Below, in pieces: positions 1 through 9,627 of a stretch of 64,000 nt of DNA. The DNA lies in IMG/VR virus record IMGVR_UViG_3300008261_000125, positions 31,568-95,567 of that record. The stretch is one strand, 5' to 3'. The stretch's first letter is position 1; each line of letters opens with the position of its first letter. Both the position numbers and the translations under genes were made by a program. Source of the DNA: a virus. The notes under the pieces are model-generated. The model made no database searches, had not been told where the DNA came from, and saw nothing but the letters and a program-made list of their open reading frames with translations.

Positions 1-1
1 G

Positions 2-3000
2 ATTAGTAGAAGGATCCTCATAAGATTGACTTATTACATAAACTCCATCATCAATTTTAGATACATAAGGTTTATCAAACAAGTAAGTATCTTTACCAGT
101 AGCATCTGCTATTAATTGATTAACTGATCTTTTATAGCTAATACCTCTACCTTTAAGTCTATTGTTTTCAGTTTGATTATTTTGTTTAAAGAACTCATAA
201 AATCCTTCTAGTACCATGTTAGCTTTAGACTCATTTTTATTTAAGAATGTATAGAATGCTTCAGAAGCTTTTTCCATTACAGGTCTATATCTATCATAAG
301 GCATGATACTGTTTAATGAAAATTCACTAGAATCCATACCACTCTGTAGGAAAGCAATCATAGGTAACTGAGCAAAGAACTCACTAATATATGCATTAGC
401 TTGTGCTCTATTAGCTGTTTTCTCAGACACTTTCATTTCTTTAGGATTAGCTAACTTAAGCCACTCATTATAGTATTCTTCACTCAAGTTTTCATCTAAC
501 TCAGTTAAGTTTTTAATCTTAAAGTTAGTTCTTGACATGTGGTTCTTTTTACTACTTATAGAAGATGCAGAAAATTGTCTAACTAAATCAAATTGAAGTT
601 TTAATTCAGGATAGCTTTCAATAATACTAATTAGTTTTCTAGCTGTAGTATGCTCACCAGATCTGAATAACTCATAGTTATTATAAGTATTACTTAATGC
701 TTCATGCATTAATACATACTCATAAACTATTTTGTTTAATCTATTTGTATAATCTTCTTGACTTTCACCTTCTCTTTTAACAAATAAACTAACCCCACTA
801 TTTACAAGTCTGTTTTTAGCACTTTGAAATTCTTTTGTTCCTAATAAAGATTCTAAACTTTTTATCTTTCTTAAATATTCTCTTTCTAAACTGAACTCAA
901 TAAATGATTCAACATCATTTTGATTAAATGCAGATGGATGAATATAAAATAATCCTCTTCTTAAATAAGCTTCATCAGATTTAGAACTAGATAAGTGATT
1001 TTCATTAGCAAAATCACTTCTTAATTGCTCAATACTTTTAACAGGACTGTTCTCATTAAGTAATTCACTAATAGGAGTTTGTTTGTATTCACTAGCACCT
1101 TGTTTATATTGTTTAAGAACATTAGTAAATATGTATAAACTTAAAGCATTTTTAAATCTGTTAATAAATGTTTCTTCATCTAAACCAGTTTCTTGTTTTA
1201 GAATAGCTCTTTCAATTGGATTCTCTAAAGTTTTTATTAAGAATTTATTTACTAAATCATTATCCCTTGTAGCAAATAAGTTTTTACCAAATAATGCTCT
1301 AGAAAATTCTTGAATAAAGAATGATGATATAGCACTCTCTTCTTTGAAATGAACTTTAAGAGAAGAATCTAATGTTTTAAACTTATCAATTTTTTCAATG
1401 TCATGTATTTTAGCTTGAGCTGCAAAGTTATCAACTGCTGATTCTGTATCTACATTAAGATATCCTTTAAGGTTATCAAACTCTTCAATTAAATCTTCAA
1501 TATAAAAATACTGTAATAAACCAGCTATTTGTTCTTTATTAAATTTAAATGATTGTTTTGCTACTTCTTTTAAAGATTCTTTACTAAAAGATACATCTTT
1601 ATATCTTGTATTTAATATTTTATAAAATCCAGCAATATTATTTTTTAATTGATTTCCATCAAGATCTACCATTACTCCTTTAAGTAATTCTTTTCTTGCT
1701 TTATTTTTAGCAGAAGTAGTTGTATTTCTATGTTTAGGACCATAGATTATTTTTGCTAAAGGTGATTTATAATTTATCTTAGATTCAACATATTTTCTAA
1801 TCATAGGATTACTTACAAAATACGCTATATCCTCTATAGGAACACCTGCTTGTAATAAGAATAATGTTTTAGGAATTACTTCCATGTTACCTTGTAAGTA
1901 ACTAATCCATGCATCTTTACCAACATCCACAGCACCATTCATCAATTGAGATAAAATATCAGCTATATTATTAATTTTTTCAGCATCTGTTTTATTAGAT
2001 AAAGAAATAACTTCAATCTCTTTTAATGTTTTACTATCAATTTCTTTAGTTTTATTATAATTAAGTCTTAGTTTAATTGGAACTTTTACAGGTGATAAAA
2101 CTTCACTATCACTATAGTATGGATTTTCTACTTCAAATGAATAATTCATTTTAGCACCAGCCATAGTTAACATATTAGCAAATGTATTATGTAAAGTAAT
2201 AAGTCCTAAAATGTTTTTACCTGTAATATTATCTTGTTGTTTTTTAAGATTGTAAGCATACTCAGTCATTTTAGTAGGACTCACTCCACCACCTGGAGTT
2301 GATTCTCCAGTTTTAATAGATTTAGTATGATCAACTTCATTATCTGCTTTTTGAATATCTTTTTTGAGTGTATTAGATAAAGGTTTAGTTAAATGAGTAT
2401 CATTAGGTTGCATTAATGAGAAAGCCATCTCTGGCATTTCCATAACCCCAATAATATTATCTATAAATTTATTTTGAATAGCAGCAGTAAAGTTTCTCTT
2501 ATGTTCTTTTAAATTAGAAAGTTCATTATAAGCTCTACTTAATTCACTATCTTTTGATATTAATTCAGTAATTAAATTTTCAATTTCAGGATATTTTTCT
2601 GAATCAAATCCTTTAATTTGTTTAGATAAAATTTGATAAGATTCTGGAAGATTCTTTTTAATAAACTCTTGTTCCTTTGGATTACTTAAAGTTTTTAATA
2701 ACTCTTCATTATTATAAGTAGTATAAGCAAAGAACTTTTCTTTAACAAGTCTTTTATGTTTACTTTCTTTTTTAATACTATTTCTAAAGTCATCAAGATC
2801 TTCTTTAATAGTTAATTTATCAGCTTTTAAATCTTTTAATTTAGTTTTTAATTCTTGAATTTTAGCATCTAATTCTTCTGGTGTTTTATAAGTATCACCT
2901 GCAGATGCTGGTAAGAATTCATGTATTTGAACAAACTCAACTGAGTTAGGTCCTTGTGTAGGAATCCTTACACCAGTCATTCTAATAGAGTTTTCATTTT

Positions 3001-6000
3001 CTTTTAACCAAGCTTCATTCTTAATCATTTCATTAAGTCTTATGAAACTTGCATCATAGTCTAATACATATTTAATCTCAGATTCTGTATCAGGGTTCTT
3101 TACATAAACAGCTACTTTATCTGTAGTCTTTTTACCATTAACATAGTAATTAGTAGAGAATAGATTTTGATAGTTATCTGTTAAGGCAACTTTAACCTTT
3201 GCACCTATAGTCTCTTTACTACCATTTGTACTAACAATATATCCACTTAAACCATTAGTACCAAAGTCATCATATTCTTTTGTTTGTTCAATAGTAGGTT
3301 TTTTAAATGATTGTGTAAGAGCAGAAGAAACTTGTACTAAAGGTTCACCTTTAATTTTAAGTTTAATCAATCTATTATTAATAACAGACATTAAAAGTTT
3401 TTCAAGTCTAGCAGCTTGAGGACTTAAACTTAAATCAATTTTCTTGTTAGAACTATATTGAACAAAGTCTATTTCATGATCACTATATCCTTGACTTTTT
3501 AATATATCAACAACATAAGTAATCATGTCATCAATATTACCTTCTGGTAAACCATTTACTTCAGTCCAACCCATTTCTTCTAATAGGTCTTTTCTCATGT
3601 ACTCAGTTAACCTTTTAAGTTGCTTATATACTTGTTGTGTATTTTTATAAGCATTACTGTTTTTTAGCTTTTCAGCTTTAGTTAAACTGTTCCATTCCTC
3701 TTTAGTACCTTTATAATCTATAGGGACACCATTATCAAATAACCCAACATTAAACACTTTACGTAACTGAGTAGATAAAACACTCTTTCCTTTAAAGTAT
3801 TTATTAACTTCTGTTTGATTTTTTAAGTATTCAAAGTAAATAGGATTAGGAGTAAAGTTAATATCTTGATATTCTTTGATATTACTTGTATCACCTTCAT
3901 AAATACTATCACCATTAGTTTTGTCATCAGCTCTTAAGTAAGATCTCTTAGCTCCAGAATCAAATAATGCATAGTCAATGTTTTGAGCCATCATAGCTAA
4001 GTGCATTTTTTCTAAAGGTAATCCTTTAATTACACTAGGAATTAATGGTAATAAACTGAATTTATCAATACTTTGTATAGGATAGTTCTTTAATTCAGTT
4101 ACTAATGGTCCTGCATACTGTAATTTATATACTGGGAATAAATCAGTTAACTCTTCAGGTGTAAGACTTTCTCCTCTAAGTTCTTTTTGGTAAGCAGCTT
4201 CTTGTTGTTCTGTCCAACTATTTTCAAGATTTTTTAAGATTCTATATGAGTCAAATGATATCCATCCTTGACCATCACCATCTTTAATTCCTGTATATGG
4301 TTGTAATAAACCTCCAGTAATATTAGTTTCAGAACCACCTTTACCATATAAAGCTTCGTTAATATCACCTTGATATTTTTTTTCTTTTAACCAATGTCTG
4401 AACATTTCAGCATAATCATCTAAGTAAATACTATCTACTTTACTCTCTTTGATTATTGCTTTGTTACCTTTACCTGTATATAATCTTGACTCAGTTTGAT
4501 TTGGATCTCTTCTTACTAATTTACCACTCTTAACTAGACTATCTTCATATGGTCTTTTTACATGAGTATTAATAAATAGTTTTGCTAGTTCATCAGTAGG
4601 GAAGATTAGACCAGAAGAGTTATAAGTAGGAACCCTTTTTAAACTCTCGTCATTGATATGATTAAATTGAAATCCATCACCAAGCTCTAACAATATAACT
4701 TCATTAGCATGTAAAGAACTGTTTATAGCAAATGAATATAATAAAGCATCTTTAATACTATCAGTTGTAGCTACTTGTCCTTCAGTAAGATGTTCTTCAG
4801 CAATTGATCTTAAGAAATTAGGAACATTATTACCAAAAACTTTATTATAATTATTAACTTCTAATGATTTTTTTGAAGTTTCAAAATAGTTAATAATTTC
4901 TTTTTCAATTTCTTTTCTTAACTCAAGGTTTTTATTTAATAAACTATTTAAAGTAGTTTCATCATTTAACTGACTAGCATACTCATTAATAAGTTTATTT
5001 TTTAATTCACCATCTTTAGTATTTAAGATATCATCAAAATAATCAAACTTAATACCTTTTTCATAAAAGTCTTTAGCTTTAGAATAGTACTCTTTATTGT
5101 CTTTGATTTTTTGAATTCTTCTTAACTCACCTTCTAACTTAGGAATCATTATGTCCATTACTTTATCAAATGGATTATATCCTAATAAGTAATTACCATT
5201 AATATCTTTTAAGAAAGCTTGAGTATCTACATATAAATGGTTATTCTTTTTAAGTGAATAAGTGTTAAGTCTTTTTACTTTAACTCCAGTATAAGTACTT
5301 TTTTCACCATGTCTTACAGCTTCAATATATCCATCTTTTAACATAGAAGCAAAGTCAGTAATAAACTTATCAACTTTGGTCATTGAACCGTGTGAAACAC
5401 CATTACTATCATCAGATAAATCTTCATATTGAGAACCAGTTAAATCTACTAATTCAATACCATTAAGATTATTTCTCTTACCTGTAGTGTCAAATAATGA
5501 ATTCATTATAACACTACCTATAACATGAGGGTTGTTTTCTTTAACTAAATGAGGAACATAACTATAAGCACCACTTTTTAATTCATCTAAAGAACCTGCT
5601 TTCTTTAAAGCATATACAATTTGAGTTAAAGTTGTATTTAATGAGAATGCACTTTTCTTACTTTTTTCTGCAGTAAGTTTCATCCTACTAATGTTTTCTG
5701 TAGAGAACTCAGCATCAATCTTAGCTAATGTATTAACATTAGAAGCTTGATTATCTATAGCACCCTCAATAAACTCACCAGTAGCTAGTTCAATTTTAAT
5801 CTTATTATGTTTTTGACCTAAGAAATTAACTATGTTAGTAATAGGTAATAGGTTTCTTTTTGCTAAGATGTCTTTGTTAGCTTCTGCTAAACCAATAGCA
5901 TTAACAATATAATCAAAAGCTTTTGTAGTATCATCATTAATAGCTTTTCTAACATCATAGTTATCTTCTAAATACATACCTATTGCATTTAAGAATGGAA

Positions 6001-9000
6001 TCTTTAATGATTCATCTTTAATGAAATATTTAGTAATACCTTCTTTACCTATAGCAGAAGATGTTAAAAATTCTTTAACTACTTTACTTAAGTTAAGAGT
6101 ATTTTCTTTATTAGCATTTACAGTAACAAATGGACCTGATTCAGTAGAGAACTTAGCTGGCCATACTTTATTTTTAATTGCTGAGTGATCAGCTGATACT
6201 TTACCTACTACAAAACTAACTTGAGTTTGATTATCAATGGTTTCTTCTTTAAATTTAGAAGTAACTAAATCTTCTCTTTCTAAGTTCAATGATCTGAATA
6301 CACCCATCCAAATTTTAGATGCACCAGCACCTTTATCAGCACCCATAACCACAGTAGGATCACCTAGTTTTTCTAACAACTGAGCAAATAAAGGTGAAGT
6401 ATTTTTAACTGATGCTAGTTTTTTGTATAACTCATCAACTCTTTTTTCACCACCAACTTTATCTATTAAATTGTTAAAGAACTGTTTATGATTAATAGGC
6501 TCAGGAAATCCTAGACTATTTAATATATTAACTCTTTCTCCATTTACAACTTCTTGTTTTAATAAAGTCTTTAGGATGTATGTACAATCAGCAGTAGCAA
6601 GTTCATATGATTCAGTTTCATTACCACCTTCTCTTCCAGATTTAGATAATGGAGACTCATAGTTCTCATCAATCATTTCATTAAATGAACTGTTTTGTAA
6701 ATGGTAAGTAATAAGATCTAACTTATCACCTTTTCCATTTAAAGAATTAGTTGCATCACCATAGTTATCTAAAGCTTTTATTAACAATAAAACATTGTTT
6801 CTTTTATATTTTCTTTCAATCTTATCCCACTTAGTTTTATTATTTTTATCTTTAGCATAATCTGCTTCAAACTCTTTTCTTAAAACATCTAATCTAGATG
6901 CTAATTTCTTTTTAATTGCAGAATTATATAATAAAGTTAATCTCTCTTGTCCTTTTAAGATATTAGCTGCAGCATCATATTTACCTTTTAATAAATAACC
7001 TGTAGTTATATCAGATATAATACCATCCATACTCTTAACAAGTAATGATGCTTCTACTGGAGTAAATATTACAGTACCATCTTTAGCAATTATACCAGAG
7101 TTTAATACACCAAACTCAGCATTGTCCATACTTGGAGTATACATGTTTAATTGTTCAGGACTTTCTGCTGTATATAACTGATTAAACATTTCAGATAATA
7201 TACCTTGAGAACCAGGATTAGAATAAACATTAATATCAGTTGTTCCTTTAAATAATGTTTTTAAGAATTTCCAAACTCTATCAAAGATTCTTGAGAATAT
7301 ATTTGATTTTTCATTTTCAGTTTTGAACTTACCATTGTTCATGGCATATACTCTGAACTCTTCTGCTATAAATTCTTCTAACTCTTTTCTAGAAGCTTCA
7401 GTAAATTCTACTTTAACTGTTTGGATGTTATTACTTTCATTCTTTCTGGTAACAGTGAAGGTGCCTGGTAATTGTCCTACAGCTTCATATAGTTTATTTC
7501 TATCAGCTTTAGATAAATATATCTGACTGAATGCATGCCAAGCCTCATGGTAATTATGAGTGTAATCTGAACCTGCAAACAAAGTAATAGTAGCATTACT
7601 AAAACTAGCCCAAGCATCTGAGTTAACTAAATTAAAAGCTTCTTTTAAAGTAATCAATGGTTTACCATTAGAGTCTTTAGCTTTAGATAATGCACTTTTT
7701 TCCCACCATGTTTTTGCTTTAGCTTTCTGTTCTGGAGTAGCAATACTTTCAATTAACTTAGATCTTAATAAACTTTCTAGTTTATCTTCTTCATCAGTAT
7801 CTTCTTGTATAATTGTTTTAGCATTATTAACTACTTCTTTTACTTCTTGTTCTACTACTGCTGTTTCATTAGTAGGTTCAAAACTGAAATATCCATTAGC
7901 TACTAATGGTCTTTCTGTTGTAGAATCAAAAGCAATTCTGGGGATCATGTTTTGTAAAACATAATCTTTAATGTAATTAATAGGTTGTACACTTACTACA
8001 CCATCTTTAATATTAAATCTTTCAATGGTTACTTTATTTTTTAAATCAGTAGAGAAGTTAGCAAATAGTTTTGCACCCAAAGTTTTTACTAGCTGTTCTT
8101 TAGCTTGTACTTTATCTGATAAATCTAACTGCTGTCCATTTAAACTAATAACAATTTCATTGTTTACTATTGAAAGATTAAATACAGATCTATCTAATTT
8201 ACTAGCATAGTTATTAAAATAACTTTGTCTATCAGCTGGAGATAATGGTTTACCATTTTCATATACTAAATCATCAATCAGTACAGAAATTAAACTATCA
8301 AACAATGATCTATCACCTGCAAGAAGGTTTCTACCTTTTAATGATATAGGTTTATCAATATTGTTTATTTTAATAGATGGTAAGTTTAATGTTTTAACAA
8401 CACCTTTTACCATCATATCAGCATATGCTATTGCAATACTTTCAATTTCAGTATCTGTAAGATTAAATTGACTTAGTGTTTTTTCAACTAAAGATTTGTA
8501 TTGTTTTAATTTTTCAGGATCAGTTATTTTCTTAAATGTCTCATCAGTATTTTCATGATAACCTTTTTTACCACCTGTTATATCTAACAAAATTGGTTGG
8601 TTATCCATTACAGATTTGGATATAAGATCACTTTGTTTTTTTTCTTCATTAACCATTTGGTTAATTTTAGAAATAAGTTCATTTCTTAATCTTGAGTATT
8701 CAAGAGGATCATTTTTAGATTGCTCTCTTAAAGCTGTCTCATTACTTTTTAATAACTCTTCTTTAAGTGCTTTAACTTTAGCATCAGAAGAGTCTTTCAT
8801 ATAGAAGTAAACTATTTTACCATCTTCTTTAGATGTAATCTCACCTTTACTATTAAAGTATAAAAACTCACCTTTGTTATTAGTTAATGCTAGAATTATT
8901 CTCTTAGAACTTAAAGTAGCTCCAGGATATATATTTTTTTCTAAATCAGGTAATGTATTTTCTACTATTGGTTTTAATTTAAAACCTTTATGTCCACTAT

Positions 9001-9625
9001 ATTCTACATTAGAGTAATTAGCATTATCAGTTGTATTAGCTTCTAATACTTTAGTTAATACATTATAGTAAAAGTTTTTACCAGCATTTGTTTTAGTAAA
9101 TATAGGAAGACCTGATACTTCTTCTAACTGTTGACCTGTTGAGTTTTGTAAAGATAAACTAGTTAATATTTTATTAAGAACTAATTCTAATATTTGATTT
9201 TCATTAGATACTTCAGACTGAGTTTCAGGAGTGGTAACACTATTTTCTAATATGACTTTCATACTAGTTTTAGTACCAACTTTAATGTAATTAGCAATTT
9301 CTTTTAAAGGATCCTCTGACTTATTAACTAATAACTCAAAATTTCTTACAGCTTTTAAATCAAAGTTTTTGTCTATTAACTGAGTTAGTAATTTAGGATT
9401 GTCTTCAATAACTTGAAAAAACACTGTAGGAATAACTGCTGCTATTCCTAAAGACTTAGCTTGGTCTTTGTTTTTCTCATAAGCAACATAATAAACATCT
9501 CTTACTACTTCTAATATTTTAAAAGGTTTATCAGGAGTCTTTAAGTTGTTTAAAATCTTATTGTAGACCTGATTAGCAAGAACTTTAGCTAATTCTTTAT
9601 TTTCATCTAAATTACAAATACTCAT
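2..9625 (-). CDS. Virion-packaged DNA-dependent RNA polymerase (crAss-like double-psi beta-barrel RNAP) with N-terminal zincin-like domain; 3'-truncated by the window edge, >3200 aa
   Basis: ATG at 9625 (MSICNLDENKELAKV), directly after the stop of the previous gene. The frame was open at every segment translated by hand, and the ORF track lists no terminated ORF here. Motifs read: HEAWH (7535-7549) then EEFIAEEFR; DGQGWISFDSYR (~4245-4280); DKFSLLPLIP; STQLRK; GVRIPTQGPNS (2942-2974); GKNILG; LSQLMNGAVDVGKDAWI. All resemble crAss-like virion RNAPs. Confidence 0.88.
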   Translation of the reverse strand, partial: MSICNLDENKELAKVLANQVYNKILNNLKTPDKPFKILEVVRDVYYVAYEKNKDQAKSLGIAAVIPTVFFQVIEDNPKLLTQLIDKNFDLKAVRNFELLVNKSEDPLKEIANYIKVGTKTSMKVILENSVTTPETQSEVSNENQILELVLNKILTSLSLQNSTGQQLEEVSGLPIFTKTNAGKNFYYNVLTKVLEANTTDNANYSNVEYSGHKGFKLKPIVENTLPDLEKNIYPGATLSSKRIILALTNNKGEFLYFNSKGEITSKEDGKIVYFYMKDSSDAKVKALKEELLKSNETALREQSKNDPLEYSRLRNELISKINQMVNEEKKQSDLISKSVMDNQPILLDITGGKKGYHENTDETFKKITDPEKLKQYKSLVEKTLSQFNLTDTEIESIAIAYADMMVKGVVKTLNLPSIKINNIDKPISLKGRNLLAGDRSLFDSLISVLIDDLVYENGKPLSPADRQSYFNNYASKLDRSVFNLSIVNNEIVISLNGQQLDLSDKVQAKEQLVKTLGAKLFANFSTDLKNKVTIERFNIKDGVVSVQPINYIKDYVLQNMIPRIAFDSTTERPLVANGYFSFEPTNETAVVEQEVKEVVNNAKTIIQEDTDEEDKLESLLRSKLIESIATPEQKAKAKTWWEKSALSKAKDSNGKPLITLKEAFNLVNSDAWASFSNATITLFAGSDYTHNYHEAWHAFSQIYLSKADRNKLYEAVGQLPGTFTVTRKNESNNIQTVKVEFTEASRKELEEFIAEEFRVYAMNNGKFKTENEKSNIFSRIFDRVWKFLKTLFKGTTDINVYSNPGSQGILSEMFNQLYTAESPEQLNMYTPSMDNAEFGVLNSGIIAKDGTVIFTPVEASLLVKSMDGIISDITTGYLLKGKYDAAANILKGQERLTLLYNSAIKKKLASRLDVLRKEFEADYAKDKNNKTKWDKIERKYKRNNVLLLIKALDNYGDATNSLNGKGDKLDLITYHLQNSSFNEMIDENYESPLSKSGREGGNETESYELATADCTYILKTLLKQEVVNGERVNILNSLGFPEPINHKQFFNNLIDKVGGEKRVDELYKKLASVKNTSPLFAQLLEKLGDPTVVMGADKGAGASKIWMGVFRSLNLEREDLVTSKFKEETIDNQTQVSFVVGKVSADHSAIKNKVWPAKFSTESGPFVTVNANKENTLNLSKVVKEFLTSSAIGKEGITKYFIKDESLKIPFLNAIGMYLEDNYDVRKAINDDTTKAFDYIVNAIGLAEANKDILAKRNLLPITNIVNFLGQKHNKIKIELATGEFIEGAIDNQASNVNTLAKIDAEFSTENISRMKLTAEKSKKSAFSLNTTLTQIVYALKKAGSLDELKSGAYSYVPHLVKENNPHVIGSVIMNSLFDTTGKRNNLNGIELVDLTGSQYEDLSDDSNGVSHGSMTKVDKFITDFASMLKDGYIEAVRHGEKSTYTGVKVKRLNTYSLKKNNHLYVDTQAFLKDINGNYLLGYNPFDKVMDIMIPKLEGELRRIQKIKDNKEYYSKAKDFYEKGIKFDYFDDILNTKDGELKNKLINEYASQLNDETTLNSLLNKNLELRKEIEKEIINYFETSKKSLEVNNYNKVFGNNVPNFLRSIAEEHLTEGQVATTDSIKDALLYSFAINSSLHANEVILLELGDGFQFNHINDESLKRVPTYNSSGLIFPTDELAKLFINTHVKRPYEDSLVKSGKLVRRDPNQTESRLYTGKGNKAIIKESKVDSIYLDDYAEMFRHWLKEKKYQGDINEALYGKGGSETNITGGLLQPYTGIKDGDGQGWISFDSYRILKNLENSWTEQQEAAYQKELRGESLTPEELTDLFPVYKLQYAGPLVTELKNYPIQSIDKFSLLPLIPSVIKGLPLEKMHLAMMAQNIDYALFDSGAKRSYLRADDKTNGDSIYEGDTSNIKEYQDINFTPNPIYFEYLKNQTEVNKYFKGKSVLSTQLRKVFNVGLFDNGVPIDYKGTKEEWNSLTKAEKLKNSNAYKNTQQVYKQLKRLTEYMRKDLLEEMGWTEVNGLPEGNIDDMITYVVDILKSQGYSDHEIDFVQYSSNKKIDLSLSPQAARLEKLLMSVINNRLIKLKIKGEPLVQVSSALTQSFKKPTIEQTKEYDDFGTNGLSGYIVSTNGSKETIGAKVKVALTDNYQNLFSTNYYVNGKKTTDKVAVYVKNPDTESEIKYVLDYDASFIRLNEMIKNEAWLKENENSIRMTGVRIPTQGPNSVEFVQIHEFLPASAGDTYKTPEELDAKIQELKTKLKDLKADKLTIKEDLDDFRNSIKKESKHKRLVKEKFFAYTTYNNEELLKTLSNPKEQEFIKKNLPESYQILSKQIKGFDSEKYPEIENLITELISKDSELSRAYNELSNLKEHKRNFTAAIQNKFIDNIIGVMEMPEMAFSLMQPNDTHLTKPLSNTLKKDIQKADNEVDHTKSIKTGESTPGGGVSPTKMTEYAYNLKKQQDNITGKNILGLITLHNTFANMLTMAGAKMNYSFEVENPYYSDSEVLSPVKVPIKLRLNYNKTKEIDSKTLKEIEVISLSNKTDAEKINNIADILSQLMNGAVDVGKDAWISYLQGNMEVIPKTLFLLQAGVPIEDIAYFVSNPMIRKYVESKINYKSPLAKIIYGPKHRNTTTSAKNKARKELLKGVMVDLDGNQLKNNIAGFYKILNTRYKDVSFSKESLKEVAKQSFKFNKEQIAGLLQYFYIEDLIEEFDNLKGYLNVDTESAVDNFAAQAKIHDIEKIDKFKTLDSSLKVHFKEESAISSFFIQEFSRALFGKNLFATRDNDLVNKFLIKTLENPIERAILKQETGLDEETFINRFKNALSLYIFTNVLKQYKQGASEYKQTPISELLNENSPVKSIEQLRSDFANENHLSSSKSDEAYLRRGLFYIHPSAFNQNDVESFIEFSLEREYLRKIKSLESLLGTKEFQSAKNRLVNSGVSLFVKREGESQEDYTNRLNKIVYEYVLMHEALSNTYNNYELFRSGEHTTARKLISIIESYPELKLQFDLVRQFSASSISSKKNHMSRTNFKIKNLTELDENLSEEYYNEWLKLANPKEMKVSEKTANRAQANAYISEFFAQLPMIAFLQSGMDSSEFSLNSIMPYDRYRPVMEKASEAFYTFLNKNESKANMVLEGFYEFFKQNNQTENNRLKGRGISYKRSVNQLIADATGKDTYLFDKPYVSKIDDGVYVISQSYEDPSTN

Positions 9626-9627
9626 AA

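Noticed and set aside
4255-4285. DGDGQG as a substitute RNAP catalytic motif
   Set aside because: It fits the DGQG-type motif of the first barrel region, lies far upstream of the RIP segment, and has no third aspartate.
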